Below, in pieces: positions 7,314-17,863 of a DNA stretch of 64,000 nt. The first letter of the stretch is position 1. Each line of letters opens with the position of its first letter. Under the pieces are notes generated by a model that saw only the letters and a program-made list of their open reading frames with translations, did no database searches and was not told the DNA's origin. Both the position numbers and the translations under genes were made by a program. This DNA comes from Candidatus Saccharimonadota bacterium (lineage in GTDB: Bacteria > Patescibacteriota > Saccharimonadia > Saccharimonadales > HK-STAS-PATE-42): NCBI GenBank assembly GCA_036826375.1, contig DAISWL010000002.1, positions 107,499-171,498 of the forward strand, in the 5' to 3' direction.

Positions 7314-10300
7314 TTAAACTACCAAATTAACCAACCTACCCGGCACAACTATAACTTTTTTAGGATCTTTGCCGTTTAGTAGTTCTTGAATTCGAGAGTT
7401 TTTAAGTGCAGATTGTTCCATCTGCTCTTTGCTTGCATCGGTATTAAGCTTAATTTCTGCCCGAACTTTGCCGTTGATTTGAACAGCAATGGTGATTTCA
7501 TCTTCTTGAAGGAAGTTAGGATCTACCTCTGGCCAGTGGTTTTTATGAATTGAATCACTATGCCCTAGCTGTTGCCAAAGTTCTTCGGCAATATGAGGCC
7601 CGAAGGGGGCAATCAGCATCAGAGTAGTTTCTAAAGCTTGCTGCCAAACATTATTTTCAACAAAACTGATTTCAGATTTAAGTTTAGTTAGATCGTTAAG
7701 TAGTGACATTGAAGCTGCTATTGCGGTGTTATAGAGGTTAGATTCTAGATCTTGACTGGCTTTATGGGTAGCTTTATTAATTGTAACTAAAAGTTTTTTA
7801 GCTTCTGATTCGCTTAGCTCGGCTGATTCGTTTAAGCTTAAGTAATCTTGAACTAGGTTCCACAACCGGTTGAAGTAGCGGTAAGTTCCTGGAACACCCT
7901 GAGGATCCCACCTGGCGCCTTGTTCTAACGGGGCGGCGAACATTAGGTATGTTCTAAGAGCATCGGCTCCGTAACCGGATTCTATAATCTCTAATGGATC
8001 TGGCCCATTACCAAGCGTTTTAGAAAAAGCGGTTCCATCTTTTGCAACAACTTTGCCGTTGAACAGGAACTGTTTGAACGGCTCGGGATCATCTATTAAG
8101 TTTAATTTATGGAAGAACCTGGTGATGAAACGCGCGTAAAGCATATGCGCAGTGGCGTGATCTCCGCCGTTATAGAAATTAATCGGCATCCAGTTATTTG
8201 CTCGCTCTTTACTGAATGGTTGATGCTGGTTATGAGGATCGCTGTAGCGCAGCATATACCAGCTTGAGCAGATGTAAGTATCTAGCGTATCAGTTTCCCG
8301 CTCGGCCTCGCCACCGCACTGCGGGCAGGTGGTTTTGAGCCAATCTTTGGCGCGCGCCAGTGCACTCCGTCCATCTCCGCTAGGTTTAAAATCATCGAGT
8401 TCCGGCAAAACAACTGGCAATTGATTATCTGGAATTAGTACTGGCCCGCACTTTTCACAGTTTACAATCGGGATTGGAGCTCCCCAATAGCGCTGACGCG
8501 AGACTGACCAATCACGCATTTTGTAGTTAACCTTAAGCTTAGCCAAACCTTTCTTTTCAAGATCCGCCACAATCTTAAGCTTAGCATCTTCGGAGGTTAA
8601 GCCAGTGTATTCACCGGAATTAACTAAAATCATATCCCCATGAAAACTAACCTTATCAGAGATCTTATCAATAAAATCAGACAAGTTATTTAACCCTTTC
8701 TTGCTAGTCATTGGACACATTCGCACGCTGTAAGTATCAAATGCTTTCCCCGTTAGTATAATACTATTATCATTTAAGTGTTGCGAGTCCCTTTCTATAT
8801 GAATATGCTCCTCTCTGCCGATAGATAATATCTCTTCTGAGAATTGATCTACTTCCTGAATAGAAATCCAAAACCTACTGCCAATAAGGGTTCTTTTTAC
8901 CGGTAAATTAAACTTAACTGCGAATTCATAATCTCTTTCATCATGAGCGGGAACGGCCATGATGGCACCAGTTCCGTATCCGCCTAAAACGTAATCTGCT
9001 ACCCAAATTGGAATCTGCTCATTATTTACAGGATTTATGGCATAAGAGCCGGTAAATACCCCTGTTTTTTCTTTGCTAGCCTGGCGTTCAACTTCAGTTT
9101 TTCGGCCGCTTTGTTTAATATATTCTTCTACTTCAGATTTATTTTCTGGCGTACTTAAGCTTAAGGCGAGCTCACTTTCTGGAGCAAGCACCATGAAGGT
9201 GGCTCCGAAAAGGGTATCCGCACGAGTTGTGAAAACGGTGATATCTGGAATAATTGGGGCATACCAATTATTATTAGCGAGCCAATCCCAAGCAGATTCA
9301 TTATCTCCTGGCTCGGATTGATTATTAAACTTATTTCCTAGCTTACAAATATCATATTGATTATTATCGTCTAAAATAAAGCGTTCTATGGCGCCATCTT
9401 TATGTTTGAATATAAATACCACTTCATTATTAGTTAGGTATTCATTCCAAAAGCCTGGTTCCATTTTTTCAATTATCAGTTTTTCGAAAGCATCGCTTCT
9501 AATAACTGGAAATTCTACACAAAGGTACCCGGAATTAGTGATTGATTCAACTTTTCCGCCCAGTTTGGATATATCATCTTCAGTAATCTCCCTCTGGCCC
9601 ATAATGTAAGTTCTGGCCATATCTGCACTTGGATTCAAAACCTTTTTAACGCTAAACTTAATTTCGGCGCCTTCGCTTCGGCCGATCCAGTTTTTTTGTG
9701 CTGTCTTAACGCTATCAGTCCAATCTAAATTATCTGTGGCCTCAAGAAGTTCATCGGCGTATTCGGTGATTTTGAAAAACCATTGTTTTACTTCGCGTTT
9801 TTCAACGGTAGGATCATCCTTGCCTTCATGCCTCCAGCATTTACCATCTACTATCTGTTCGTTGGCCAATACTGTTTGGCACTTTTCACACCACCATTGC
9901 TGGCGAGCATCCTGGTAGGCCAAGCCGTTTCTGTGCATTTGAGAAAAAATCCACTGTGTCCATTTGTAATATTCTGGAGTGTGAGTTGCAATTTCTTTTT
10001 CCCAATCATTAGACCAACCCATAGCCTGATATTGCTTGTGGTAGTTAGGGATTATTGTCGCCATGCTTTCTTGAGGAGAAACTCCAGCCTTGATGGCATA
10101 GTTTTCAGCTGGCAAGCCGAAGGAATCCCAACCAACCGGATGGTAACTCTCATAACCTTGTTGGCGTTTGAAGCGGGCTTTGACATCGCTGATTGTGTAG
10201 TTCATGGCATGTCCAACGTGCAGACCCGCTCCGCTTGGGTAGTTAAACATGCTCATGCCAATATATTTTGGCTTATCAGAATCTAAATCTGTGGTGTAGA

Positions 10301-10364
10301 TGTTGGTTTCTTGCCAGATTTTCTGCCATTTTGGTTCGATTACTTTGGGATTATACTTGTTCAT
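7314..10364 (-). CDS. leuS: Leucine--tRNA ligase with two extra inserted segments
   Basis: PSGAGLHVGH (HIGH), VFTTRADTLFGATF (start of CP1 editing domain), AHDERDYEFA, RDWSVSRQRYWG. The KMSKS position reads AFSKT. 1016 aa. Confidence 0.95.
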   Translation of the reverse strand: MNKYNPKVIEPKWQKIWQETNIYTTDLDSDKPKYIGMSMFNYPSGAGLHVGHAMNYTISDVKARFKRQQGYESYHPVGWDSFGLPAENYAIKAGVSPQESMATIIPNYHKQYQAMGWSNDWEKEIATHTPEYYKWTQWIFSQMHRNGLAYQDARQQWWCEKCQTVLANEQIVDGKCWRHEGKDDPTVEKREVKQWFFKITEYADELLEATDNLDWTDSVKTAQKNWIGRSEGAEIKFSVKKVLNPSADMARTYIMGQREITEDDISKLGGKVESITNSGYLCVEFPVIRSDAFEKLIIEKMEPGFWNEYLTNNEVVFIFKHKDGAIERFILDDNNQYDICKLGNKFNNQSEPGDNESAWDWLANNNWYAPIIPDITVFTTRADTLFGATFMVLAPESELALSLSTPENKSEVEEYIKQSGRKTEVERQASKEKTGVFTGSYAINPVNNEQIPIWVADYVLGGYGTGAIMAVPAHDERDYEFAVKFNLPVKRTLIGSRFWISIQEVDQFSEEILSIGREEHIHIERDSQHLNDNSIILTGKAFDTYSVRMCPMTSKKGLNNLSDFIDKISDKVSFHGDMILVNSGEYTGLTSEDAKLKIVADLEKKGLAKLKVNYKMRDWSVSRQRYWGAPIPIVNCEKCGPVLIPDNQLPVVLPELDDFKPSGDGRSALARAKDWLKTTCPQCGGEAERETDTLDTYICSSWYMLRYSDPHNQHQPFSKERANNWMPINFYNGGDHATAHMLYARFITRFFHKLNLIDDPEPFKQFLFNGKVVAKDGTAFSKTLGNGPDPLEIIESGYGADALRTYLMFAAPLEQGARWDPQGVPGTYRYFNRLWNLVQDYLSLNESAELSESEAKKLLVTINKATHKASQDLESNLYNTAIAASMSLLNDLTKLKSEISFVENNVWQQALETTLMLIAPFGPHIAEELWQQLGHSDSIHKNHWPEVDPNFLQEDEITIAVQINGKVRAEIKLNTDASKEQMEQSALKNSRIQELLNGKDPKKVIVVPGRLVNLVV

Positions 10365-10514
10365 TTTTGCTACGCTTAACTCCTTAATATTTACTAAACT
10401 TAAATCTTTTTAAAATAATAAAAACAACTTAAAATGCTCAATTAAAGATTAAGCCGCCAGCGAGTGAATACCGCCACAAGATGAATAAAACATTAAGTTT
10501 AATTATAGCAGATA

Positions 10515-13223
10515 TTACTGAATATTTACGGTCTGATTGATTGTAGCACTATAGTAGCCTTCATCGGTTATATTGATTGTGATTTTGTGCGCTCCGGGAG
10601 TTGTAAATTGATGAGCAAAATTTGAACTGCCACTAGCGGATATGGCGGCCGATCCTACGGCCTGACCGTCTATCAAAACCTCTACACTACTAACATTAAA
10701 CTTACCGGGACTGATACCAAGAGAAAAAGTTACAGTCTTCGGGTTAGATGTAGATACTGGTGGACTAGCTGGGGGCGAGGAAGTGCTCAGGCTGGCGGTT
10801 GGTTTAGGATCATCACAGCTGTGAACGTCGTCATTGTTTTCAAGATCGTAATCATGCGCACTATATAAAATCGTTCCCTCTCCGGCGTCGGTTCCTGTGG
10901 CGTTAATTACCTCGCGTGCAGCATCTGGAGTACAAGATGTGGCTAATTTCTTGGAAACTTTATCAACGGTAAATTGTTTGCCAGGTAACTCTTTTGGCTT
11001 CTTGAACCAGGATGGATATATATCGGTTTTACCATTCAACGTAATTTCTTGAATGCCGGATGGGCGGTTAAAATCTTTATTACTCCACCCCCTAAGCGCA
11101 TATGCAGACTTGATGTAAGACCCTAGTAATTTAGAGGTCATGATTGTAGTATTGCCATCCATGGGAGTGGCGTCGTTATTGCCTATCCATACACCGGTTG
11201 CTACATCTGGTGTATAAGTCATCATCCACCCATCTTTTTTATCGTTAGTGGTACCAGTTTTAACCGCTAATTTGACGCCGCCAGGTATCGTCAAGTTGCT
11301 TTCTAGGCCACCGAACAGTGGGGATCTGGCCGAAGAATCTGAAAGTATATTACTTATGATGTATGCGTTTTCAGGATTAAGCACTTGCTGACCTTCTTTT
11401 TCTCTCCATTCCTCTAAAATCTCTCCTGATTTCATAACTTTAAGGATGGTAACTTCATCTTTAGCCTTTCCGCCTCTGGCGAAAGAAGCGTATGCCTGAA
11501 CGTGCTCGTTAAGCCTAACCTCGCCGGAACCTAGCCCAACGGATAATCCGTAATCGCAATTATTACACAAGGTTTTATCGCCCATATCCCTAGTTAGATT
11601 AATCATCTGGTCGATCCCACCTATTTCCAAAGCCCGTAAGGCCGGTAAGTTTCTGGATGTATCTAGAGCCGACCTAACACTGATAGGCCCTTGGAATTTT
11701 TGATCAAAGTTTTGAGGGCTATACGGGGGATTACCCGGCCAAGTTTTTGGGGTATCTAAAATTACAGATCCAGCTCCCCAGTTATCTTTATAAAGTAATT
11801 GAGCATAAGTAAATGGCTTAATACTAGAACCCGGCTGGCGTTTAGACGTAGCTACATTAACGGCTCCGAACTTCGGATAATTAAAGTCTCTAGATCCCAC
11901 CATGGCTAAAACCTGAGAAGTAGCAACATCAACTGACACAAGCGCTGCATTACTACCACCGCCAGCATCTATACTTTTAATGTTAGATGCGACGGCTTCT
12001 TCGGCTTTTTGTTGCAAATCCCAATCTAGGGACGTCACAACTTCATACCCACCTCTTCTAACATTCTGTTCGCCATATTTCTGGAAGAGCTTATCCTGGA
12101 CGTCTAATACAAAGTGGGGAGCCTTTATATCTTTATACTGGTTACTTTCATCTTTTGGCTGTACGGTAGCGATTACATCTATAGGCTTAACTGCGTCTGC
12201 GTCTGCCTGAGTTATGTAGCCTATTTCAACCATGCCTTTCAGCGCAGTTTTCATCCTCCCTTCTAGAATTTCTTGGTTGAAGTATTCGCTGTAAGGATCG
12301 TACCTGCTCGGACGCTGGGGGATAGAAGCCAAGAACACGGATTCGCCCAAGCTTAAATCTTTGGCAGGCTTTCGAAAATAACGCTGAGCTCCGGATTCTA
12401 TACCGTAACTAGTACCGCCATAATTAATAGCATTTAGATACATAGTTAAGATTTGTTCCTTACTATAAGTTCTTTCTACTTCAACGGCTAAAATCAACTC
12501 TTTGATTTTTCTACTTATAGTTTTTTCGTTGTCTTCTAATAACTCATTTTTAACTAGCTGCTGAGTTATCGTAGATCCGCCACCATTCTCGCCTCTGCCA
12601 ACCACGGCGCGGCTCAAACCCTTAGGATCAAATCCGTTATGCTCATAAAATCTTCTATCTTCCAGAGATATAGTTGCTTGCTTAAGGTAATCTGAAATTT
12701 GGTCGTACTCAACCACGGTTCTATCCTTGTCCCCCTTATATTCCCACAGAAGAACTGTAGCAGTCTTATCATAGTACTTTACGCTACTGTTCTGGATCCT
12801 TCGGGATATCTCTTCCGGATTAAGCTTAGATACATCCCGCCTAAAATAAGCAAAAGTTACGGCGCCTATCAAACCAAAAATGAGAACAAAAACTATAAAA
12901 GTGCGAAAGATAAGCTTAAATCCGCGCTTACTAAAAATAAAGCCAAAAAAGTTTCTAGGATTCATATAATATAATATTCTCTTAAATTTAGTATGGGGCA
13001 TATTAGCTAATCGCTTGGCTTTCTCTAACTTCCTAGTTTCTCTTTTATACTTACGGGAGTTAGCACCTATATTAGCATAGAGTAAGCTATCTGGTATCTG
13101 TTTGTTTTGAGTTAAAGAACGACTCTGGATTTGCTCTACCGATCTTTTATTACCATCAAAGTCATGCCCATGACTAGTGCTATCTTCTTGAACTTTTATT
13201 TTCTTAGGTTTAATGTCATCCAT
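10515..13223 (-). CDS. Class A penicillin-binding protein (GT51 transglycosylase plus transpeptidase) with N-terminal extension and C-terminal Ig-like tail
   Basis: ISLEDRRFYEHNGFD and GGSTITQQLVKN (GT51); SSIKPF (SxxK) and KTGTT (transpeptidase). Confidence 0.9.
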   Translation of the reverse strand: MDDIKPKKIKVQEDSTSHGHDFDGNKRSVEQIQSRSLTQNKQIPDSLLYANIGANSRKYKRETRKLEKAKRLANMPHTKFKRILYYMNPRNFFGFIFSKRGFKLIFRTFIVFVLIFGLIGAVTFAYFRRDVSKLNPEEISRRIQNSSVKYYDKTATVLLWEYKGDKDRTVVEYDQISDYLKQATISLEDRRFYEHNGFDPKGLSRAVVGRGENGGGSTITQQLVKNELLEDNEKTISRKIKELILAVEVERTYSKEQILTMYLNAINYGGTSYGIESGAQRYFRKPAKDLSLGESVFLASIPQRPSRYDPYSEYFNQEILEGRMKTALKGMVEIGYITQADADAVKPIDVIATVQPKDESNQYKDIKAPHFVLDVQDKLFQKYGEQNVRRGGYEVVTSLDWDLQQKAEEAVASNIKSIDAGGGSNAALVSVDVATSQVLAMVGSRDFNYPKFGAVNVATSKRQPGSSIKPFTYAQLLYKDNWGAGSVILDTPKTWPGNPPYSPQNFDQKFQGPISVRSALDTSRNLPALRALEIGGIDQMINLTRDMGDKTLCNNCDYGLSVGLGSGEVRLNEHVQAYASFARGGKAKDEVTILKVMKSGEILEEWREKEGQQVLNPENAYIISNILSDSSARSPLFGGLESNLTIPGGVKLAVKTGTTNDKKDGWMMTYTPDVATGVWIGNNDATPMDGNTTIMTSKLLGSYIKSAYALRGWSNKDFNRPSGIQEITLNGKTDIYPSWFKKPKELPGKQFTVDKVSKKLATSCTPDAAREVINATGTDAGEGTILYSAHDYDLENNDDVHSCDDPKPTASLSTSSPPASPPVSTSNPKTVTFSLGISPGKFNVSSVEVLIDGQAVGSAAISASGSSNFAHQFTTPGAHKITINITDEGYYSATINQTVNIQ

Positions 13224-13430
13224 AATTATAATCGAATATCATAACCATGATAGCATCCGAGTTTGGTTTTTTACAAATACTTATCACCATAAAAGTGATG
13301 ATATGATAATATTACAGATATGGAAACCTGTTTTAAACTTAAGTTTAATCTAAACTACCCCTTTTGGGTTTTTAACATTAGACATATAAAATAAGATTTT
13401 TAAAACTAAATTTATTTACAAGGAGTAAAA

Positions 13431-14651
13431 ATGACACTTTCAGAAGAACTAACCTGGCGCGGATTTATAAACCAAACTACGTTTAAAGATTTAAAAGATT
13501 TAGATAAAACTGAAATTGCCTTCTATCACGGTTTCGATGCCAGCTCCGATTCCCAGACAATTGGTAACTTAGCAGCTATGATGATAGATTTAGTATTTAT
13601 CCGTCATGGCCATAAAGCCTACATTCTGGCTGGGGGGGCGACATCTTTAGTTGGCGACCCTGGTGGAAAGGATGGCGAAAGGGATTTGCAAGCCGAAGAG
13701 ATAATTACTCACAATGTCGCCTGTGCGGAATCTCAACTTAAGAAGATATACGGCGATAGGCCTTTTACAATGGTTAACAATCTAGATTGGACCAAAAACT
13801 TAAGCTTAATAGATTTTTTAAGAACAGTAGGTAAAAACTTCGGCATTGGGGATTTAATCAAAAAAGATTTTATAGCCTCTCGCTTAGGTGAAGGCGCTTC
13901 TGGAATAAGCTACGCTGAATTTAGCTACACTCTTTTGCAAGGCATGGATTTTTTGCATCTTTTTGATAATTACGGCGTAACTTTACAAATTGGCGGTTCT
14001 GATCAGTGGGGTAATTGCATATCAGGGCTAGAACTAATCAGAAGAATGCGCGGAGCAGAAACTCACGTATTAACACATCCCTTAGTAATTGATAAGACAA
14101 CTGGCAAGAAGTTTGGCAAAAGTGAAGATGGAGCCGTGTGGCTGGATCCTAACAAAACCAGCCCGTTCAAGTTCTACCAGTTTTGGTTAAATGTAGATGA
14201 TGAAGGCGTCGGTGATTACATTAAAATCTACACCGAAATACAACCCGAAGAATTTGATGAATTGATACTTAAGTTTAATCAAAACAGAGCCGAGCGAGCT
14301 GCTCAAAAATACTTAGCCTACGAAGTTACTAAATTAGTTCACGGCGAAGATGTAGCCGAAAGTATGAAAAGAATCAGCGAAGTTCTGTTTAGTGGCCGAG
14401 CAGCGGAAGAATTGACAGATCAAGATTTTGAATCCTTAAGCTTAGAGCTCCCCTCTTCAGAAGCTGAAGATATTCTAGAATTTTTGGTTGAAACTGAAAT
14501 CGCTAAAAGCAAAGGCGAAGCCCGCCGATTAGTTGAGCAAAATGCAATCTCCATCAACGGTCAAAAAATAACCGATTCAGATGCTAAGCTTAAGGCTCCT
14601 AGTTTAGTTAAAAAAGGCAAGAACGTGTTTGGGGTTTATCATCCAAAGTAA
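13431..14651 (+). CDS. tyrS: Tyrosine--tRNA ligase (HIGH position reads TIGN)
   Basis: GFDASSDSQTIGNL aligns to GFDPTADSLHIGHL. Also GGATSLVGDPGGK, KFGKS (KMSKS) and a C-terminal S4 domain. Confidence 0.9.
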   Translation: MTLSEELTWRGFINQTTFKDLKDLDKTEIAFYHGFDASSDSQTIGNLAAMMIDLVFIRHGHKAYILAGGATSLVGDPGGKDGERDLQAEEIITHNVACAESQLKKIYGDRPFTMVNNLDWTKNLSLIDFLRTVGKNFGIGDLIKKDFIASRLGEGASGISYAEFSYTLLQGMDFLHLFDNYGVTLQIGGSDQWGNCISGLELIRRMRGAETHVLTHPLVIDKTTGKKFGKSEDGAVWLDPNKTSPFKFYQFWLNVDDEGVGDYIKIYTEIQPEEFDELILKFNQNRAERAAQKYLAYEVTKLVHGEDVAESMKRISEVLFSGRAAEELTDQDFESLSLELPSSEAEDILEFLVETEIAKSKGEARRLVEQNAISINGQKITDSDAKLKAPSLVKKGKNVFGVYHPK

Positions 14652-14768
14652 AAATGGTTAGATTAATTATTGACATTAACAAAGCTTAAGAGCTACAATA
14701 GTAAGTGTTAATAATATAATAAAAATATAAACTATAAAATTTATTTTTTATAGTCATCAAAATAAAAA

Positions 14769-15971
14769 ATGAATCCAAAAAGAACAAATTATTCTATAGC
14801 TAAACCCTCGAGAACAAGCTTCTCTTTGGGTATGGATGATTACGCAGTGAAAACTGGCAGGTCTCAAGGCCCTATTAGTGTCAGTCAGCAAGCTGCCACT
14901 AAACCGGTGCCACACTCTGACGGTCAAAGCAAGGCGCAAACTGCTAACCAGGATGGCGCTAGCTATTATCAGGTTAAGCCTGTTTTAAGTTTCAGAACAC
15001 GCATCAATTACATAATGAATTATGGGTTGCATAATCCTGGCTATCTAGCCATGCGTAGCTCTGCTATGGTTGTAATGCTCTCCCGAAAACTATCAGTTAG
15101 TCAAGCCCCGCCTGTCGGATTTATATCTAGCGCCAAGCCCGCCAATGACGAGGCTTTAGACGTAGGCAAATTCATAGTAGACCATTCTTGGGATGATATG
15201 GAGAATAATGCCGCCGAAGAGAATGCGATAGGTTTAGCAGCTGCATCGCTAGCGGCAGAATCCAGTTTCAACAAGATTAAACCCGTAAAAACCAGTAAGC
15301 CAATCTCCAATAATGGTAACCCTCTTAGAGAATTAAGCCTAAAGGCTAAATCTAATCGCCATAAAATAAGATCAATCGTTACGGCCTCAGTGGCTTGTGG
15401 AATAATATTGGTAAGTAGTGGGCTTATGTATGCTAATTCTAAAGTTCTGCCAGAAGGAAATATATCTGGCTCAACTAGCCTTTATGTAAACAAAGCAGAG
15501 CCCAAGTCGGAAGCAGTAGCCAAAGTAGATAGCAATAGCCTCCAACCAGATAGAATAAAGATTAGCTCACTAAACATAGATGCTCAATCTGTAACGGTAG
15601 GCTTAACATCCGATAACGCAGTGGATGTTCCTGAAAAAATATCTGATGCAGCTTGGTTCAATGGGTCAGCGCTACCAGGTAAGCCGGGAACTACTTTCAT
15701 GCTTGGCCACTATGCAGCTGGCTACGGTGGAATTTTTGATAATCTAGCCAAAATAAAGGAAGGCGACATAATCGAGCTAACAGATCATGCTAATAATAGC
15801 TTTAAGTATAAGGTAAGCAAAAAAGATAAACAGAAAGTAGCGGATATTAACATGGATGCGATCTTAACATCAGACGGAGAGAACCGTCTAGTTATAATGA
15901 CTTGTGCCGGGAGCTACATAGCCCAGAACTACACTGATAGACTGATAGTCACAGCCACCCCAATCCAATAA
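14769..15971 (+). CDS. Sortase-domain protein with a long N-terminal region and TM segment (true start uncertain)
   Basis: The C-terminal domain has GTTFMLGHY (catalytic His), LVIMTCAG (TLxTC-like Cys) and DRLIVTATP (Arg). Confidence 0.65.
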   Translation: MNPKRTNYSIAKPSRTSFSLGMDDYAVKTGRSQGPISVSQQAATKPVPHSDGQSKAQTANQDGASYYQVKPVLSFRTRINYIMNYGLHNPGYLAMRSSAMVVMLSRKLSVSQAPPVGFISSAKPANDEALDVGKFIVDHSWDDMENNAAEENAIGLAAASLAAESSFNKIKPVKTSKPISNNGNPLRELSLKAKSNRHKIRSIVTASVACGIILVSSGLMYANSKVLPEGNISGSTSLYVNKAEPKSEAVAKVDSNSLQPDRIKISSLNIDAQSVTVGLTSDNAVDVPEKISDAAWFNGSALPGKPGTTFMLGHYAAGYGGIFDNLAKIKEGDIIELTDHANNSFKYKVSKKDKQKVADINMDAILTSDGENRLVIMTCAGSYIAQNYTDRLIVTATPIQ

Positions 15972-16103
15972 TGTTAATCTTAATTTGCCAACCAACCGGC
16001 AATTAATAGCAGAGTGGAGAGCCCGCTAATTGCGAGTATTTAGCTAAATAAAGTATAATAAACTTAACAATTGAGTTAATCATTTTAAGAGAGGATTAAA
16101 AAA

Positions 16104-16676
16104 ATGTTAGTACCGACTGTAGTAGAGCCAACAAGCCAAGGGGAAAGATCTTTTGATATTTATTCGAGATTATTAAGGGAAAGAATTATTTTTCTTGGCG
16201 AAGATGTTAACGAGCATACCGCCAACCTTATTGTCGCTCAGATGCTATTTCTAGAAAGCGAAGATGCCAAAAGCCCAATTAAATTTTATATCAATTCTCC
16301 GGGTGGCAGTGTTTATGATTTCTTTGCTATTTATGACACTATGAACCTAGTGAAGCCTGAAGTTCATACATACGGCATTGGATTGTGTGCTAGTGCCGCT
16401 AGCATGCTTCTCAGTTCCGGAACTAAGGGCAAGAGATTTATCCTCCCCAGTGCTAGCGTAATGATCCATCAACCCAGTAGTGGTACTACGGGCAAGATAA
16501 CCGATCAAGAAATAGATTTAAAGGAAGGCATCAGAATCAAAAAAAGGCTGCATCAAATTTTAGCGGATAACACCGGTCAAGAAATCATCAAAATTGCAGA
16601 TGATATGGAACGTGATTATTGGATGGACGCCATCGGAGCCCTTAAGTACGGCATTGTCGATAAGATATTGAAATAA
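16104..16676 (+). CDS. clpP: ATP-dependent Clp protease proteolytic subunit
   Basis: [30 protein letters not shown] (Ser), MIHQPS (His). Confidence 0.95.
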   Translation: MLVPTVVEPTSQGERSFDIYSRLLRERIIFLGEDVNEHTANLIVAQMLFLESEDAKSPIKFYINSPGGSVYDFFAIYDTMNLVKPEVHTYGIGLCASAASMLLSSGTKGKRFILPSASVMIHQPSSGTTGKITDQEIDLKEGIRIKKRLHQILADNTGQEIIKIADDMERDYWMDAIGALKYGIVDKILK

Positions 16677-17059
16677 AGAGCATACTTAAATTTAACTGCT
16701 ATTGGTGTCCAAACTGAATATATACTGTATCTGTTGTATCTTTTTTAGATCACTTCTGCTAGAATTTATACAGTTCTTTAATAGTTTTTAAATTAATTTT
16801 AAACTTCATTGCGAAATGAAACCATAAAATATTGATTTAAAATAAACAAAAAGCATTTTTTGATAAGTAAAATGAGTCATTAATAAGCTTTAATCTTCAC
16901 ACGGATTGGGTCGAATTCTGATAGGTTAGCTTGTGATTCATATGTTCTATGGAAAATTGTTTTGTGTACTCTAAGCGAGAACAAAATTATATTAAGTTTA
17001 AGCGATTAATCACTATAGTGTAAGTCGCGCTAAATTAAGAAAGATTTTTATAAGTTAAG

Positions 17060-17380
17060 ATGAAAAAAATATTTGTATCAAACCTACCCTACTCTGTTAG
17101 AGATGAGCAGCTAGCTGAAATTTTTGCCGATTTCGGACCAATCGAAAGCGCTGTTGTTATCATGGAACGCGAAACTGGACGCTCTAAGGGCTTTGGTTTT
17201 GTTGAAATTGTTGACGACGCTAAAGCAGAAGAAGCAATAGCTAAGCTTAATGGCGCAGATTATCAAGGAAGAAACTTGAACGTTAACGAAGCTCGTCCTA
17301 AAGAAGATCGTCCTCGACGTGATTTCAATGGAGGCGGTAATCGTGATGGTGGATCTTTCCGCCAAGGCAACAGATTCTAA
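17060..17380 (+). CDS. RRM-type RNA-binding protein with Gly/Arg-rich tail
   Basis: RNP2 IFVSNL and RNP1 KGFGFVE. Confidence 0.9.
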   Translation: MKKIFVSNLPYSVRDEQLAEIFADFGPIESAVVIMERETGRSKGFGFVEIVDDAKAEEAIAKLNGADYQGRNLNVNEARPKEDRPRRDFNGGGNRDGGSFRQGNRF

Positions 17381-17411
17381 GTTTAATAAACTGAACAGAA
17401 ACTCTGTTTTT

Positions 17412-17440
17412 AAAAACCCCTGGATACTCAGGGGTTTTTA
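17412..17440 (+). terminator. Rho-independent terminator of the RRM protein gene
   Basis: AAAAACCCCTG-GATACT-CAGGGGTTTTT hairpin with a T-run. Confidence 0.7.
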
Positions 17441-17695
17441 ATTACCCAGTAATCAACGCTTATAACTATCAACCTAGTGTATTCTGATGGATTACTACCT
17501 ATTTAAATTTAATCATAGCGTAAAAAAGATAACTAATCGGACGCAAGCGCAAGTAGTTAGACTATGCTTAAAATAACAAAACTTCGCTATTTGTTCCTGA
17601 TACATAGTATTTACACAATATCACAAAAAAGCTTAGTTTTATACAATATTAACAGAGTATGTTAGATGTTTTAGTCGAAACATTCGTTAATGCAT

Positions 17696-17863
17696 ACGTT
17701 ATGCAAAACTCCGCTTCGCTACGTTTTGTATAATGGGCAGGGTCGTTAAACTTAGTTATAGCTTCGCTTTCGCTTCGCATAACTAAATTCTTTCCGTAAT
17801 CCTTTATCCTTGATATACTAACGTATATCGGAGTAAAGGACTCCGGAAAGACCCTGCCCATTA
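17696..17863. repeat. 168-bp structured repeat, copy 1 (upstream of the restriction-modification gene)
   Basis: 166/168 identical to 21202-21369. It contains an 11-bp hairpin, a 14-bp long-range inverted repeat TAATGGGCAGGGTC...GACCCTGCCCATTA, and three internal hairpins. Confidence 0.9.

Noticed and set aside
9783-10286. A 167-aa ORF, together with other ORFs of 60-110 aa, antisense to leuS, mod/res (for example 46861-47448), pheT, the NHL gene (35733-36227) and ligA.
   Set aside because: All lie inside long ORFs with strong family motifs on the other strand, and none has a recognisable motif or ribosome-binding site.
13224-13430. A possible T-box leader upstream of tyrS.
   Set aside because: No T-box sequence (compare AAUUAGGGUGGUACCGCG) and no convincing specifier or antiterminator architecture. 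The region is simply AT-rich divergent promoter DNA.
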